A DNA stretch of 64,000 nucleotides, taken from positions 125,043-189,042 of the forward strand of contig JAZGEF010000003.1 in NCBI GenBank assembly GCA_036478595.1, in the 5' to 3' direction. This DNA is from Granulosicoccaceae bacterium (GTDB taxonomy: Bacteria; Pseudomonadota; Gammaproteobacteria; Granulosicoccales; Granulosicoccaceae). Positions 18,432-28,022 of the stretch are shown here, one piece after another (positions within the stretch are counted from its first letter, which is position 1; the number at the start of each line of letters is the position of its first letter). The translations under genes and the position numbers were made by a program. The notes under the pieces were generated by a model. That model saw nothing but the letters and a program-made list of their open reading frames with translations. It was not told the origin of the DNA and did not search any database.

Positions 18432-20060
18432 ATGCTCGATCTGTCTTCTCAAAAACGCGGTACTAATCAGCACGGCAACACGGTGTCTCACGCACCTGCC
18501 CGTGATGTACGCTCTTTGCGCCTGCTCAATCAATATCGATTATTTTTAATTTTCGCTATGGGTGCGGTTTACTACCTAGCCGACGGTCAACACACATTGG
18601 GGCAACGCGATGCCACGTTATTTGAAATCGCACATCTTGCTTATGCGGTAATAGCCTTACTCTTTATTTACTTGTTAAACCTTGGCAAGCCTTCAAAAGA
18701 TACTCAGTTCTACCTACAAAACTACATCGACATACTGTTCATCGTTCTTATTATGTACACTTGTGGCGGCGTGTCGAGTGGTATCGGCATATTGCTGCTT
18801 ATCACCATTGCGCTAATTAGCCAGCTCACCACAACGCGTTTATCCCTGTTGTTTGCAGCCATAGCGTCTACTGTTGTGCTATCAGTAGAGCTCTTCGCGC
18901 AACTGCGCTTTGGTGCTAGTGCTGCAAATTTTGAACGCACCGCTTTACTTGGCAGCTTGCTGTTTATCATTGCCTGGCTGTTCACGGTTCCGATGAAGCG
19001 GCTAGCGTCACGCGAATTTCCACAATCCGAAGAGCTACACGCCGCACTTAATGTCAAGCAGATCGCTACATTAAATGAAGAGATTATCCGCGAGCTGGAT
19101 TCTGGCGTATTGGTTATTGATTCCTCTAATCAAGTTCAGTTAATCAATGATACCGCTCGAGAGCTCCTGGCCGCTGAATTTACTCCACTGCCCGTGCATG
19201 TTGGCCGTTTGTGTTCTTCCCTTTTTGACAGCATCCAACACTCCCGCAGCACTAAGTCCGACGGCACACGCCCGTTTACCATCGATGCAACCGGTACTGA
19301 CGTGCTACCTCAGTTCATCGGCCTATCAGGTGGTGGTGTATTAATCAAACTTGATGACCATGGCAATATCCGTCGTCAGTTACAACAGTTAAAGATGGCA
19401 TCACTAGGAAAGCTTTCCGCCAGCATCGCACATGAAATCAGAAACCCATTGGGTGCCATTTCACATTCGGTTCAATTATTGGAAGAATCAGAAACCCTTC
19501 AAGATGAAGATCTGAACCTACTAGGAATAGCGCGTAAACATACGCAACGCATCAATCGTATTGTTGAAGACGTGCTGCAACTATCCAATCATCAAGAGCT
19601 TCGCAGCGATCCACTGGATCTTAAAACGCAGATTGATCAATTTTGCGCACGTTTTACTACTGAAAATCAATTGCCAGTTGATCAGATAAATGCTGATTGC
19701 GATATCGCTTGTTCTGCCATATTTGACCCGGGGCATTTTGATCAAGTGCTGTGGAACCTATGCACTAATGCGCTACTACACAACGGCAGTGATTCAATCA
19801 GTATCAATATTCATTGTTATCAGTCAACATCGAGTGTCATTGTGCTGGACGTAACCGATAACGGTAAAGGCATCGCAGAAATCCAACGCGAACAGCTATT
19901 CGAACCATTTTATTCAACGCATCATGCTGGGTCAGGGCTTGGTTTATATATTATTCGAGAGTTATGCGCGCTAAACAAAGGGCAACTGGCGTGCCTGGAA
20001 TCAGATTCTGGTGCCCACTTTAGGCTAACGCTGTCCTCAATCAATGAGCAGGCAGCCTAA
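18432..20060 (+). CDS. pilS: sensor histidine kinase PilS
   Basis: N-terminal TM segments, AHEIRNPL H-box, DNGKG and GSGLGL boxes; upstream of pilR and pilins. Confidence 0.88.
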   Translation: MLDLSSQKRGTNQHGNTVSHAPARDVRSLRLLNQYRLFLIFAMGAVYYLADGQHTLGQRDATLFEIAHLAYAVIALLFIYLLNLGKPSKDTQFYLQNYIDILFIVLIMYTCGGVSSGIGILLLITIALISQLTTTRLSLLFAAIASTVVLSVELFAQLRFGASAANFERTALLGSLLFIIAWLFTVPMKRLASREFPQSEELHAALNVKQIATLNEEIIRELDSGVLVIDSSNQVQLINDTARELLAAEFTPLPVHVGRLCSSLFDSIQHSRSTKSDGTRPFTIDATGTDVLPQFIGLSGGGVLIKLDDHGNIRRQLQQLKMASLGKLSASIAHEIRNPLGAISHSVQLLEESETLQDEDLNLLGIARKHTQRINRIVEDVLQLSNHQELRSDPLDLKTQIDQFCARFTTENQLPVDQINADCDIACSAIFDPGHFDQVLWNLCTNALLHNGSDSISINIHCYQSTSSVIVLDVTDNGKGIAEIQREQLFEPFYSTHHAGSGLGLYIIRELCALNKGQLACLESDSGAHFRLTLSSINEQAA

Positions 20061-20062
20061 TC

Positions 20063-21529
20063 ATGACAACCACCGCCCTTATTATTGACGATGAGCCTGA
20101 CATTCGAGAGCTAATCGCGCTAACTCTAACGCGGATGGGGTTGGAGATTCACGCGGCGGCCAATCTTGAAGAAGCCAGACACCTGTTGGAAGCCTATTCG
20201 TTTGATGTATGTCTGACCGATATGCGGCTCCCCGACGGCAACGGCGTGGAGTTTGTCAAAACAATCCATTCTATGCACCCACAACTGCCTGTCGCCGTTA
20301 TCACTGCACACGGCAATATGGATGAAGCGGTCGACGCCATGAAAAATGGCGCTTACGACTTTGTATCCAAACCTGTTGATATCAACCAATTACGTAAGCT
20401 CGTTGTGCAGGCAGTGACGATATCCAATTCGATTAGTAAACGCTCTGAAGAAGCATCGAACGATAATACCGATACTGATGTTGCTAACAGGCCTGTCGAT
20501 TCCACACTGGATACTTTGTCGAAACGTGACCCTCTCCGGGCAGATCCTGTACCAAAGCTTGCGGCAAAAACCCTGATTGGGCAATCCCAGCCGATGAAAG
20601 AATTACGCAACATGATCGCCAAAGTGGCTAGAACCAATGCACCTGTTTGGATAACAGGTGAGTCGGGCACAGGTAAAGAACTCATTGCCAAACTAATCCA
20701 TCAACACGGGCCCAGAGCGGATGCACCTTTTATCGCAATCAATTGTGGTGCGATACCATCAGAGCTAATGGAAAGCGAATTGTTTGGCCACAAAAAAGGC
20801 AGTTTTACTGGCGCTGTTAATGATAGCGATGGCCTGTTTAAGCGAGCAGAGGGCGGTACTTTGTTTCTGGATGAAGTTGCCGAGCTGCCGCTACATATGC
20901 AAGTTAAGTTATTGCGTGCAATACAAGAGCGCTCCGTGCGGCCTGTTGGCGGCAGCGATGAAATACCGGTCGATGTGCGCATACTCAGCGCTAGCCATAA
21001 AGATCTATCCGTAGAGGTTGATCAGGGTGTGTTTCGACACGATTTATATTATCGATTGAATGTCATTAGCCTGCGCTCCCCTAGTTTAAGCGAACGCACA
21101 GATGACATACCTGAATTAGTGGAACACTTACTCCATAGAATTCAAAAGCACTTGCCATCCAATCAATGTACCAGCTTATCGCACGATGCCATGCAAGTAC
21201 TAGAGCGCTACGTTTTTACGGGTAACGTACGCGAGCTTGAAAATATTCTCGAGCGCGCTGTTGCCTTAAGCGATGGTTTAGTTATCGATGTTACAGACTT
21301 AGGTATAAACACAGAATCCAAAAAAAGCAGTAACACTAACAACTCCAATAACCTTGGTGGCGCTGTTCGATCTATGGACGACAATGAAAGAGAGCGGCTT
21401 GTTGCCGCACTTGAAGCAGCGCGTTGGAATCGAAAGGCCGCAGCAGTTGCACTTGGCCTGACATACCGGCAGCTCCGCTACCGAATCGAGCAGCTTGGTA
21501 TTGAAGATAACGATCGCGGCGCCGCCTAA
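20063..21529 (+). CDS. pilR: sigma54-dependent response regulator PilR
   Basis: REC (DDE, DMRLPDG), GESGTGKE, GSFTGA, Fis-type HTH (RWNRKAAA..LGLTYRQLRYR). Confidence 0.92.
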   Translation: MTTTALIIDDEPDIRELIALTLTRMGLEIHAAANLEEARHLLEAYSFDVCLTDMRLPDGNGVEFVKTIHSMHPQLPVAVITAHGNMDEAVDAMKNGAYDFVSKPVDINQLRKLVVQAVTISNSISKRSEEASNDNTDTDVANRPVDSTLDTLSKRDPLRADPVPKLAAKTLIGQSQPMKELRNMIAKVARTNAPVWITGESGTGKELIAKLIHQHGPRADAPFIAINCGAIPSELMESELFGHKKGSFTGAVNDSDGLFKRAEGGTLFLDEVAELPLHMQVKLLRAIQERSVRPVGGSDEIPVDVRILSASHKDLSVEVDQGVFRHDLYYRLNVISLRSPSLSERTDDIPELVEHLLHRIQKHLPSNQCTSLSHDAMQVLERYVFTGNVRELENILERAVALSDGLVIDVTDLGINTESKKSSNTNNSNNLGGAVRSMDDNERERLVAALEAARWNRKAAAVALGLTYRQLRYRIEQLGIEDNDRGAA

Positions 21530-21550
21530 TTCGCCCGACAGTCGTCTGTT

Positions 21551-21598
21551 TGTCACTGCGGTGACAATTGTCTTGTCACATAATGACAAACTTGTCAC
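21551..21598. promoter_or_regulatory. putative PilR enhancer (UAS) array
   Basis: TGTCAC-N4-GTGACA perfect palindrome (21551-21566), TGTCAC-N3-ATGACA (21574-21588), TGTCAC (21593-21598), 100-150 bp upstream of the sigma54 site. Confidence 0.65.
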
Positions 21599-21696
21599 CT
21601 CAAAGTGTTAATTACTGCACTGTGACGGCGTTCATATCAATTTTAAGTATTTGTTTTAATTGATTATTATTTAATGATAATGAGCTGTTTAGGCAA

Positions 21697-21712
21697 TGGC
21701 ATAGCCCATGCA
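21697..21712 (+). promoter_or_regulatory. sigma54 (-24/-12) promoter of pilA
   Basis: TGGCATAGCCCATGCA, GG-N10-GC. Confidence 0.8.
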
Positions 21713-21808
21713 CTTAACCCTTTAACCATACGGACGCTAACAGGTTCGTAGGTCAGGTTTGACAACCAACTTATAACAATTAAATTCAATCTCTGGAGAT
21801 AACCAATC

Positions 21809-22255
21809 ATGGTTAAGAAGCAAGTACAAAAAGGTTTTACACTAATCGAACTTATGATCGTTATCGCGATCATCGGTATTCTTGCTGCGGTAGCAGTACC
21901 ACAGTACACAATCTATACTAACCGAGCATATGTATCAGGTCACGGTCTTAACGCCGCTCGTCCGTTTCAATTAGCAGTTACAGAATACGCTATCATCAAC
22001 AAACAATTCCCACCACTAATGACTGATATTCGGTTGCTACCAGCTGATGGCGAAACAGAGCAAGTCGATAACGTTACTATGACTCCTGCAACTGGCGACC
22101 TGACTATTACATTCAAAACCGCAGCTCAGGGTGTACCACAGGATATTCAAGCTACAACTCTAGTACTTGCTCCAGCTCAGAACGCCGCTGGAACAGTGAC
22201 TTGGAGTGTTGATGCTGCTTCTACTTTGGATCCAAAATTCGAACCTAAGATGTAA
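21809..22255 (+). CDS. pilA: type IVa major pilin (copy 1)
   Basis: QKG|[24 protein letters not shown] prepilin motif; RBS GGAG; directly downstream of the sigma54 promoter. Confidence 0.93.
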   Translation: MVKKQVQKGFTLIELMIVIAIIGILAAVAVPQYTIYTNRAYVSGHGLNAARPFQLAVTEYAIINKQFPPLMTDIRLLPADGETEQVDNVTMTPATGDLTITFKTAAQGVPQDIQATTLVLAPAQNAAGTVTWSVDAASTLDPKFEPKM

Positions 22256-22288
22256 TAAGATCTAATTGTTTAGATTTTAATAATCGCG

Positions 22289-22319
22289 GAAGAGGCTCTT
22301 TAGGGAGCCTCTTCTTTTC
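22289..22319 (+). terminator. rho-independent terminator between the two pilin genes
   Basis: 10-bp stem GAAGAGGCTC/GAGCCTCTTC, 6-nt loop, followed by TTTT. Confidence 0.8.
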
Positions 22320-22346
22320 GTTCTACTCAAGCCCTCAGAGCAAATT

Positions 22347-22790
22347 ATGAAAAAATATAATAGCGGTTTCACTCTGATTGAACTCATGATCGTCATCGCA
22401 ATAATCGGCATTCTTGCTGCGGTAGCGGTGCCACAATATACAATCTATACCACTCGCGCATTCGTGGCTACCGAAGGCTTGAATGGAGTACGCTCTCATC
22501 AATTGGCTGTGACTGAATACGCGATAATCAATCAAGCTTTTCCAGCAGGTCCTGCTGACATAACACTACCGTCAGCTGGCGAAACAGGTAAAGTAGACAC
22601 GGTCACAGTAGCAGCAGACGGCTCTGGCGCACTAACTGTTCTGTTCAAAACGGCCGCTGAAGGTGTACCGGGCGCAGCAGCCGCCAAAACTTTAATCATC
22701 ACACCCAACATAAATGCGGTCTCGCGAAATGTGACATGGGCAGTTGACCCAAGCGGCACGCTAGACGCCAACTACGTTCCAAGAATGTAA
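22347..22790 (+). CDS. type IVa pilin (copy 2, paralogue)
   Basis: SG|[28 protein letters not shown], same mature N-terminus as copy 1. Confidence 0.92.
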   Translation: MKKYNSGFTLIELMIVIAIIGILAAVAVPQYTIYTTRAFVATEGLNGVRSHQLAVTEYAIINQAFPAGPADITLPSAGETGKVDTVTVAADGSGALTVLFKTAAEGVPGAAAAKTLIITPNINAVSRNVTWAVDPSGTLDANYVPRM

Positions 22791-22981
22791 TATTTAGAAG
22801 ATCCACACTTTATTTGGTGCCAGCTAGCCTAGCCTGTATGCAGAGCATCCCTTTCCTACCCATCTGATCAACTTTTCGTGAGCTTGATCAAACTTTTACA
22901 TCAACACTTAACATCATCTTTAGGTTAATCGGTTTCTGCCGATTCATGAGTATTGAATTCACTCAAGTCTAAGAGATACTC

Positions 22982-24688
22982 GTGGAAGATAAAAACTCAA
23001 GTCCAGTTGCGTTAAACGGTTTGGCCAAGCAGCTTGTTGCTCATGGGCAAATTAACGAAGAAACGGCCGAAGAGGTAATGAGAGAAGCGGTAGAGAAGAA
23101 ACTTCCCTTCTTAACAGAGCTTATTGCAGGCGGTCACGTTTCAGCCAGTACAGTTGCGCAATCACTTGCCACTGACTTTGGCTTGCCAACTTTTGATGTT
23201 GGGACTCTGAATCTGGACACCATGCCCAGAGAGTTTCTTAACGAAGAGTTGCTAGCCAGCTTACCAGCCATACCGATCGCACGACGCGGATCGCGTTTGT
23301 TTATCGCTATTTCTGATCCAACCTATAGTGAAGCCATAGATAAATACAAGTTTACATCAGGCTTGAGCGTGGAGGCCGTGATAGTTGAGCATGATAAGCT
23401 ATCTGAGCTACGTGCAAGCGCGATGGAAGCGTCATCTTCAATGAGCAATGACTTGGATGACAGCTTTGATCTGGATGTTGACGATCCGGACGCCAAGAAG
23501 GACGACGACGACACATCGGAGCTTGATGACACGCCGATTGTACGCTATGTCAACAAACTGCTGCTCGATGCTATTAAGGTGGGTGCATCGGATATTCACG
23601 TTGAGCCTTATGAAAAAGTCTTCCGTGTTCGATATCGTATAGACGGCATTCTACAAGAAGTAGCCAACCCACCGCTTGCGATGGCTGGCCGTTTAACCGC
23701 TCGAATCAAGGTAATGTCCCGCATGGATATCTCTGAGCGTCGCGTGCCACAGGATGGCCGAATTAAGCTTAAGCTTTCAAAAACAAAAGCAATCGATTTT
23801 CGTGTTAACACCTGCCCGACTCTGTTTGGTGAAAAAACCGTACTGCGTATTCTTGACCCGAGTAGTGCACAACTGGGTATCGATGCCCTGGGTTACGAAC
23901 CTGAGCAGAAAAAGCTCTATATGGACGCACTGGCAAACCCCTACGGCATGATCCTGGTAACAGGACCAACGGGTAGTGGTAAAACCGTATCCTTGTATAC
24001 CGGTTTGAATATCCTTAATGAACCTGACACCAATATATCTACCGCAGAAGATCCAGCGGAAATTAACCTGGTGGGCATCAACCAGGTAAACGTAAACCCA
24101 AAAGCGGGTTTAACGTTTGCTGAAGCATTGAAAGCCTTCCTTAGACAGGATCCAGACGTGATCATGGTTGGTGAGATACGTGACCTGGAAACGGCCAGCA
24201 TTGCAGTAAAAGCCGCACAAACGGGCCACTTAGTGTTATCCACACTTCACACCAATGATGCACCACAAACCCTATCGCGCTTAATCAACATGGGCGTACC
24301 ACCATTTAACATTGCAACTGCGGTGTCACTAATCATCGCACAGCGCCTAGCTCGAAAGCTTTGTGATAATTGTAAAGAAGAAGACGATATACCAAAACAA
24401 ACCTTAATAGATGAGGGCTTTAAAGAGGAAGACCTTGCTGAACTAACTGTATATAAGGCAGTGGGTTGTAAGAAATGTAACGGCGGTTATAAAGGCCGAA
24501 CGGGCATCTACCAGGTCATGAAGATCAGCGAGGAAGTCGGCAGAATGGTAATGGCCGGTGGTAACTCGATTGATATCGCGAATCAAGCGAAAAAAGAAGG
24601 CATTCCTGACTTACGCGATGGAGCTTTAAAGAAAATCAAGCGTGGCGTACTAAGCCTCGAAGAAGCTAACCGAGTTACAAAGGATTAA
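22982..24688 (+). CDS. pilB: type IV pilus assembly ATPase PilB
   Basis: GASDIHVEP, ERRVPQDGR, GPTGSGKT, FLRQDPD, STLHTND, Zn-binding CxxC pairs; GTG start. Confidence 0.95.
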   Translation: MEDKNSSPVALNGLAKQLVAHGQINEETAEEVMREAVEKKLPFLTELIAGGHVSASTVAQSLATDFGLPTFDVGTLNLDTMPREFLNEELLASLPAIPIARRGSRLFIAISDPTYSEAIDKYKFTSGLSVEAVIVEHDKLSELRASAMEASSSMSNDLDDSFDLDVDDPDAKKDDDDTSELDDTPIVRYVNKLLLDAIKVGASDIHVEPYEKVFRVRYRIDGILQEVANPPLAMAGRLTARIKVMSRMDISERRVPQDGRIKLKLSKTKAIDFRVNTCPTLFGEKTVLRILDPSSAQLGIDALGYEPEQKKLYMDALANPYGMILVTGPTGSGKTVSLYTGLNILNEPDTNISTAEDPAEINLVGINQVNVNPKAGLTFAEALKAFLRQDPDVIMVGEIRDLETASIAVKAAQTGHLVLSTLHTNDAPQTLSRLINMGVPPFNIATAVSLIIAQRLARKLCDNCKEEDDIPKQTLIDEGFKEEDLAELTVYKAVGCKKCNGGYKGRTGIYQVMKISEEVGRMVMAGGNSIDIANQAKKEGIPDLRDGALKKIKRGVLSLEEANRVTKD

Positions 24689-24690
24689 TC

Positions 24691-25914
24691 ATGGCTAGTG
24701 CAGCAGCTAAAGCAGACAACACTGTTCTGTTTGAATGGGAAGGTAAGGATTCTAAAGGCGGCAAACAAAAAGGCTTAATGTCTAGTCCTAGTGCGGACTT
24801 GGTAAAAGCCAAGCTGCGCCGCCAGGGCATTATTTCGCCTAAGGTTAAAAAGCAACGCGCAAAGATGGGTGGTAAACAGAAAGTCACCGCTGGCGATATT
24901 GCCATTTTTGCTCGACAGCTAACCACCATGATGGGCGCTGGTGTGCCAATGGTGCAATCATTTGAGATTGTTGCTAATGGTCTTGAGAATAAAACCATGC
25001 GCGACGTGGTAAACGGTATTAAAACTGAAGTTGAATCAGGTAGTAACCTAACCACTGCCTTACGCAAATACCCAGAGCATTTTGACGATCTGTTTTGCAG
25101 CTTGGTTGAAGCAGGCGAGCAATCAGGTACGCTAGAAACATTGTTAAACGAAATCGCCACCTATAAAGAAAAGTCAGAATCCCTAAAAAAGAAGATTAAA
25201 AAAGCGATGGGCTATCCGATCGCAGTTTTGTGTATAGCCGGTATTGTGACCGGTATTCTACTGGTGTTTGTTGTACCTCAATTCGAAGCGCTATTCAAGA
25301 GTATGGGTGGAGATTTACCCGCTTTTACTAAAATGATCGTAAGCGCTTCTGAATTTATGCAAAAGTGGTGGTTTGTAGCCGTCGCCGGCATAGGTGCAGG
25401 TGTTTGGACATTCAAACAAGCCAAGAAGCGCTCCGAAAAGTTTTCACGTTTTCTAGATCGTGTCATTTTGAAGCTGCCGGTATTTGGTGATATCGTTCAC
25501 AAGGCAGCCACAGCAAGATTCGCCCGCACGCTAGCCACCATGTCAAAGGCGGGTGTTCCGCTAGTTGAAGCCATGGACTCAGTTGCTGGTACGGCCGGTA
25601 ACTCAGTATTTGAAGATGCCATCTTAAAAATGAAAGATGAAGCAGCAAGTGGCCAGCGCTTAACAACCAGTATCGAAAATTCTGGCTTGTTCACAAACAT
25701 GGTGTCGCAGATGGTTGCCATCGGTGAGGAATCAGGCTCAATTGACGATATGCTTGCCAAGGTAGCCGATTACTACGAAGAAGAAGTAGACAACGCAGTT
25801 GATGCTATGACTTCCTTGATGGAGCCAATGATCATGGCATTTCTAGGTGTCGTTATCGGTGGCTTGGTTATTGGTATGTATCTACCCATATTTAAAATGG
25901 GCGATGCATTCTAA
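24691..25914 (+). CDS. pilC: type IV pilus inner-membrane platform PilC
   Basis: FARQLTTMMGAGVP, AGEQSGTL, VAIGEESG, MYLPIFKMG. Confidence 0.95.
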   Translation: MASAAAKADNTVLFEWEGKDSKGGKQKGLMSSPSADLVKAKLRRQGIISPKVKKQRAKMGGKQKVTAGDIAIFARQLTTMMGAGVPMVQSFEIVANGLENKTMRDVVNGIKTEVESGSNLTTALRKYPEHFDDLFCSLVEAGEQSGTLETLLNEIATYKEKSESLKKKIKKAMGYPIAVLCIAGIVTGILLVFVVPQFEALFKSMGGDLPAFTKMIVSASEFMQKWWFVAVAGIGAGVWTFKQAKKRSEKFSRFLDRVILKLPVFGDIVHKAATARFARTLATMSKAGVPLVEAMDSVAGTAGNSVFEDAILKMKDEAASGQRLTTSIENSGLFTNMVSQMVAIGEESGSIDDMLAKVADYYEEEVDNAVDAMTSLMEPMIMAFLGVVIGGLVIGMYLPIFKMGDAF

Positions 25915-25961
25915 GCTACGCTTAGAACCATACTAAACTTCATTACCAACGGGTATTGCCA

Positions 25962-26876
25962 ATGGCTCTTCTCGAAGTACTACAACACAACGCCATAGCT
26001 TTCTATGGCGTTGTTGCGTTTCTAAGCCTACTTGTAGGCAGTTTTTTGAACGTCGTTATCTATCGTTTACCCATCATGATGGAAAACGAATGGCGTGAAG
26101 CGCTGCAAGAGATGGATGCGCCAGACGATGGCATGACTCAAACCGAATCCGCTGACAACACCGACCAGGCAAATACTGCAACAGCGCCTGCGACGTTCAA
26201 TTTATCAGTACCCCGCTCTCGTTGCCCAAACTGCGACAATCTAATTACCTGGTGGCAGAACGTTCCCGTTCTCAGTTATCTGATGCTGCGAGGCAAGTGC
26301 GCTAACTGCAAAACACCCATCTCTGCTCGCTATCCGATCATTGAGATCGTAACTATGGTGTTGTCATTGGCAATAGCCTGGCAATTTGGCCCCAGCTTGC
26401 AAAGTGTCATTGGCATCTTTGTTACCTGGATGCTCATCGCCATGACCATGATCGACTTCGATCATCAGCTGTTACCTGACAGCCTAACCTTACCGATGAT
26501 GTGGATCGGCCTGCTTGCAAGCCTAGTTCCTGTGTTTACGGATGTGCGCTCTGCAGTGATAGGCGGCGCACTGGGTTATATGATTCTATGGGGTGTGTAT
26601 CAGATATTTAAATTAATCACTGGCAAAGAGGGCATGGGATTCGGTGATTTCAAGCTACTCGCAGCCTTGGGAGCCTTGCTCGGCTGGCAACTAGTGCCGA
26701 TGATCATACTATTATCATCAGCAGTGGGCGCTGTCGTGGGTATTAGCCTGATCGTTATAAAGGGTCGCGACAAAAACATCCCTATTCCGTTTGGGCCGTA
26801 CCTTGCCGCAGCCGGCTGGCTTGCTATGATGTGGGGTGCACCTTTAGCTGAACAATACTACCGCTTATTCGCCTGA
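25962..26876 (+). CDS. pilD: prepilin peptidase/methyltransferase PilD
   Basis: GSFLNVVIYRLP, SRCPNC and GKCANC, IDFDHQLLPD, GMGFGDFKL, IPFGPYLA. Confidence 0.95.
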   Translation: MALLEVLQHNAIAFYGVVAFLSLLVGSFLNVVIYRLPIMMENEWREALQEMDAPDDGMTQTESADNTDQANTATAPATFNLSVPRSRCPNCDNLITWWQNVPVLSYLMLRGKCANCKTPISARYPIIEIVTMVLSLAIAWQFGPSLQSVIGIFVTWMLIAMTMIDFDHQLLPDSLTLPMMWIGLLASLVPVFTDVRSAVIGGALGYMILWGVYQIFKLITGKEGMGFGDFKLLAALGALLGWQLVPMIILLSSAVGAVVGISLIVIKGRDKNIPIPFGPYLAAAGWLAMMWGAPLAEQYYRLFA

Positions 26877-26942
26877 TACACTGCACCCCCACGGCTGCAA
26901 CTCAGCCTCAACTAGCCATTAACTAAAATATCATCACGCATC

Positions 26943-27569
26943 ATGCTGATCATTGGCTTAACAGGCGGCATCGCCAGCGGCAAATCTGCCGCTAGTCATT
27001 ATTTTCACAGTCTCGGCGCAGCCCTGCTTAGTGCGGACGTGTTAGCTCGAGAAGTGGTTACAATCGGCAGCGATGGTTTAAAGGCGTTAACAGATGCGTT
27101 CGGCGATGTGATGCTCTTAGCCAATGGCGAGCTTGATCGAAAAGCCTTACGCAATAGAATATTGGAATCCGATGATGCTCGCCATACCGTCAATGCGCTA
27201 CTGCATCCACGCATTAGAGCATTATCAGAACTGCGCATTGATGATGCAAAAAACGACGGCTACGACTATTTAATTTACGAAGTGCCATTGCTAATTGAAA
27301 CCCAACAAGCTGATCGCTTTGATCGCGTAGTAGTGGTAGATGTACCATTACAACTACAGATCGATCGTTTACTCGCACGCGACAACACGGACGGCGGAAA
27401 TACCAATATTGGGCAAGTCCATGCGATGCTCAATGCACAAGCTAGCCGCGATGAGCGCTTAGCAGCAGCGGATGATGTTATCGATAACAGCGGGACAATT
27501 GAGCAATTGCATGAGCAGGTTGAGTCACTTCATCAACGCTATTTGTCACTGTCGCGACTGAAACCCTAA
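26943..27569 (+). CDS. coaE: dephospho-CoA kinase
   Basis: IGLTGGIASGKS, LDRKALR, LLHPRI, ADDVIDNSG; follows pilD. Confidence 0.95.
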   Translation: MLIIGLTGGIASGKSAASHYFHSLGAALLSADVLAREVVTIGSDGLKALTDAFGDVMLLANGELDRKALRNRILESDDARHTVNALLHPRIRALSELRIDDAKNDGYDYLIYEVPLLIETQQADRFDRVVVVDVPLQLQIDRLLARDNTDGGNTNIGQVHAMLNAQASRDERLAAADDVIDNSGTIEQLHEQVESLHQRYLSLSRLKP

Positions 27570-27579
27570 CAACAAAGCC

Positions 27580-27984
27580 TTAACAAACGCGTAGCAATTG
27601 CTCGACAACACATTGGTTAGCTTTCGGAAATTCCAGCGTGCGCAACTGGCGTAATTTCCACCATCGCCATTCTTGTTGTTCGCAACCTTTTGGCTCACCC
27701 TGGATATCAAACACTTTCCAAAACCACAGATGTACAAGTTTGTCGGCATACTGATGTTGAACGTCACTATAAAAGTTGGCTGAGCCCGGCACAATAGCTA
27801 GCTCTTCTTTTAATTCTCGAGCTAATGCATCGCGCTGATCTTCCGAGGCTTCGATTTTGCCACCAGGAAACTCCCACAAACCACCTTGATGCTGCTCAGG
27901 CTTGCGCTTCGCTAATAGGATATGCGTTCGATCATCGTTATAAATAATACCGGCAACTACGTTAAGCACCGAGCGCTCATCCAT
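27580..27984 (-). CDS. mutT: 8-oxo-dGTP diphosphatase MutT
   Basis: Nudix box GLWEFPGGKIEASEDQRDALARELKEE, FPKAN; start may be 28002. Confidence 0.88.
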   Translation of the reverse strand: MDERSVLNVVAGIIYNDDRTHILLAKRKPEQHQGGLWEFPGGKIEASEDQRDALARELKEELAIVPGSANFYSDVQHQYADKLVHLWFWKVFDIQGEPKGCEQQEWRWWKLRQLRTLEFPKANQCVVEQLLRVC

Positions 27985-28022
27985 GACTTTTTTATCACGC
28001 ATTGCTTAGTGGCGATGCATGC

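Noticed and set aside
21635-21670. IHF site in the pilA enhancer spacer
   Set aside because: TATCAA and AATCAA cores are present, but the TTR element is missing on both strands.
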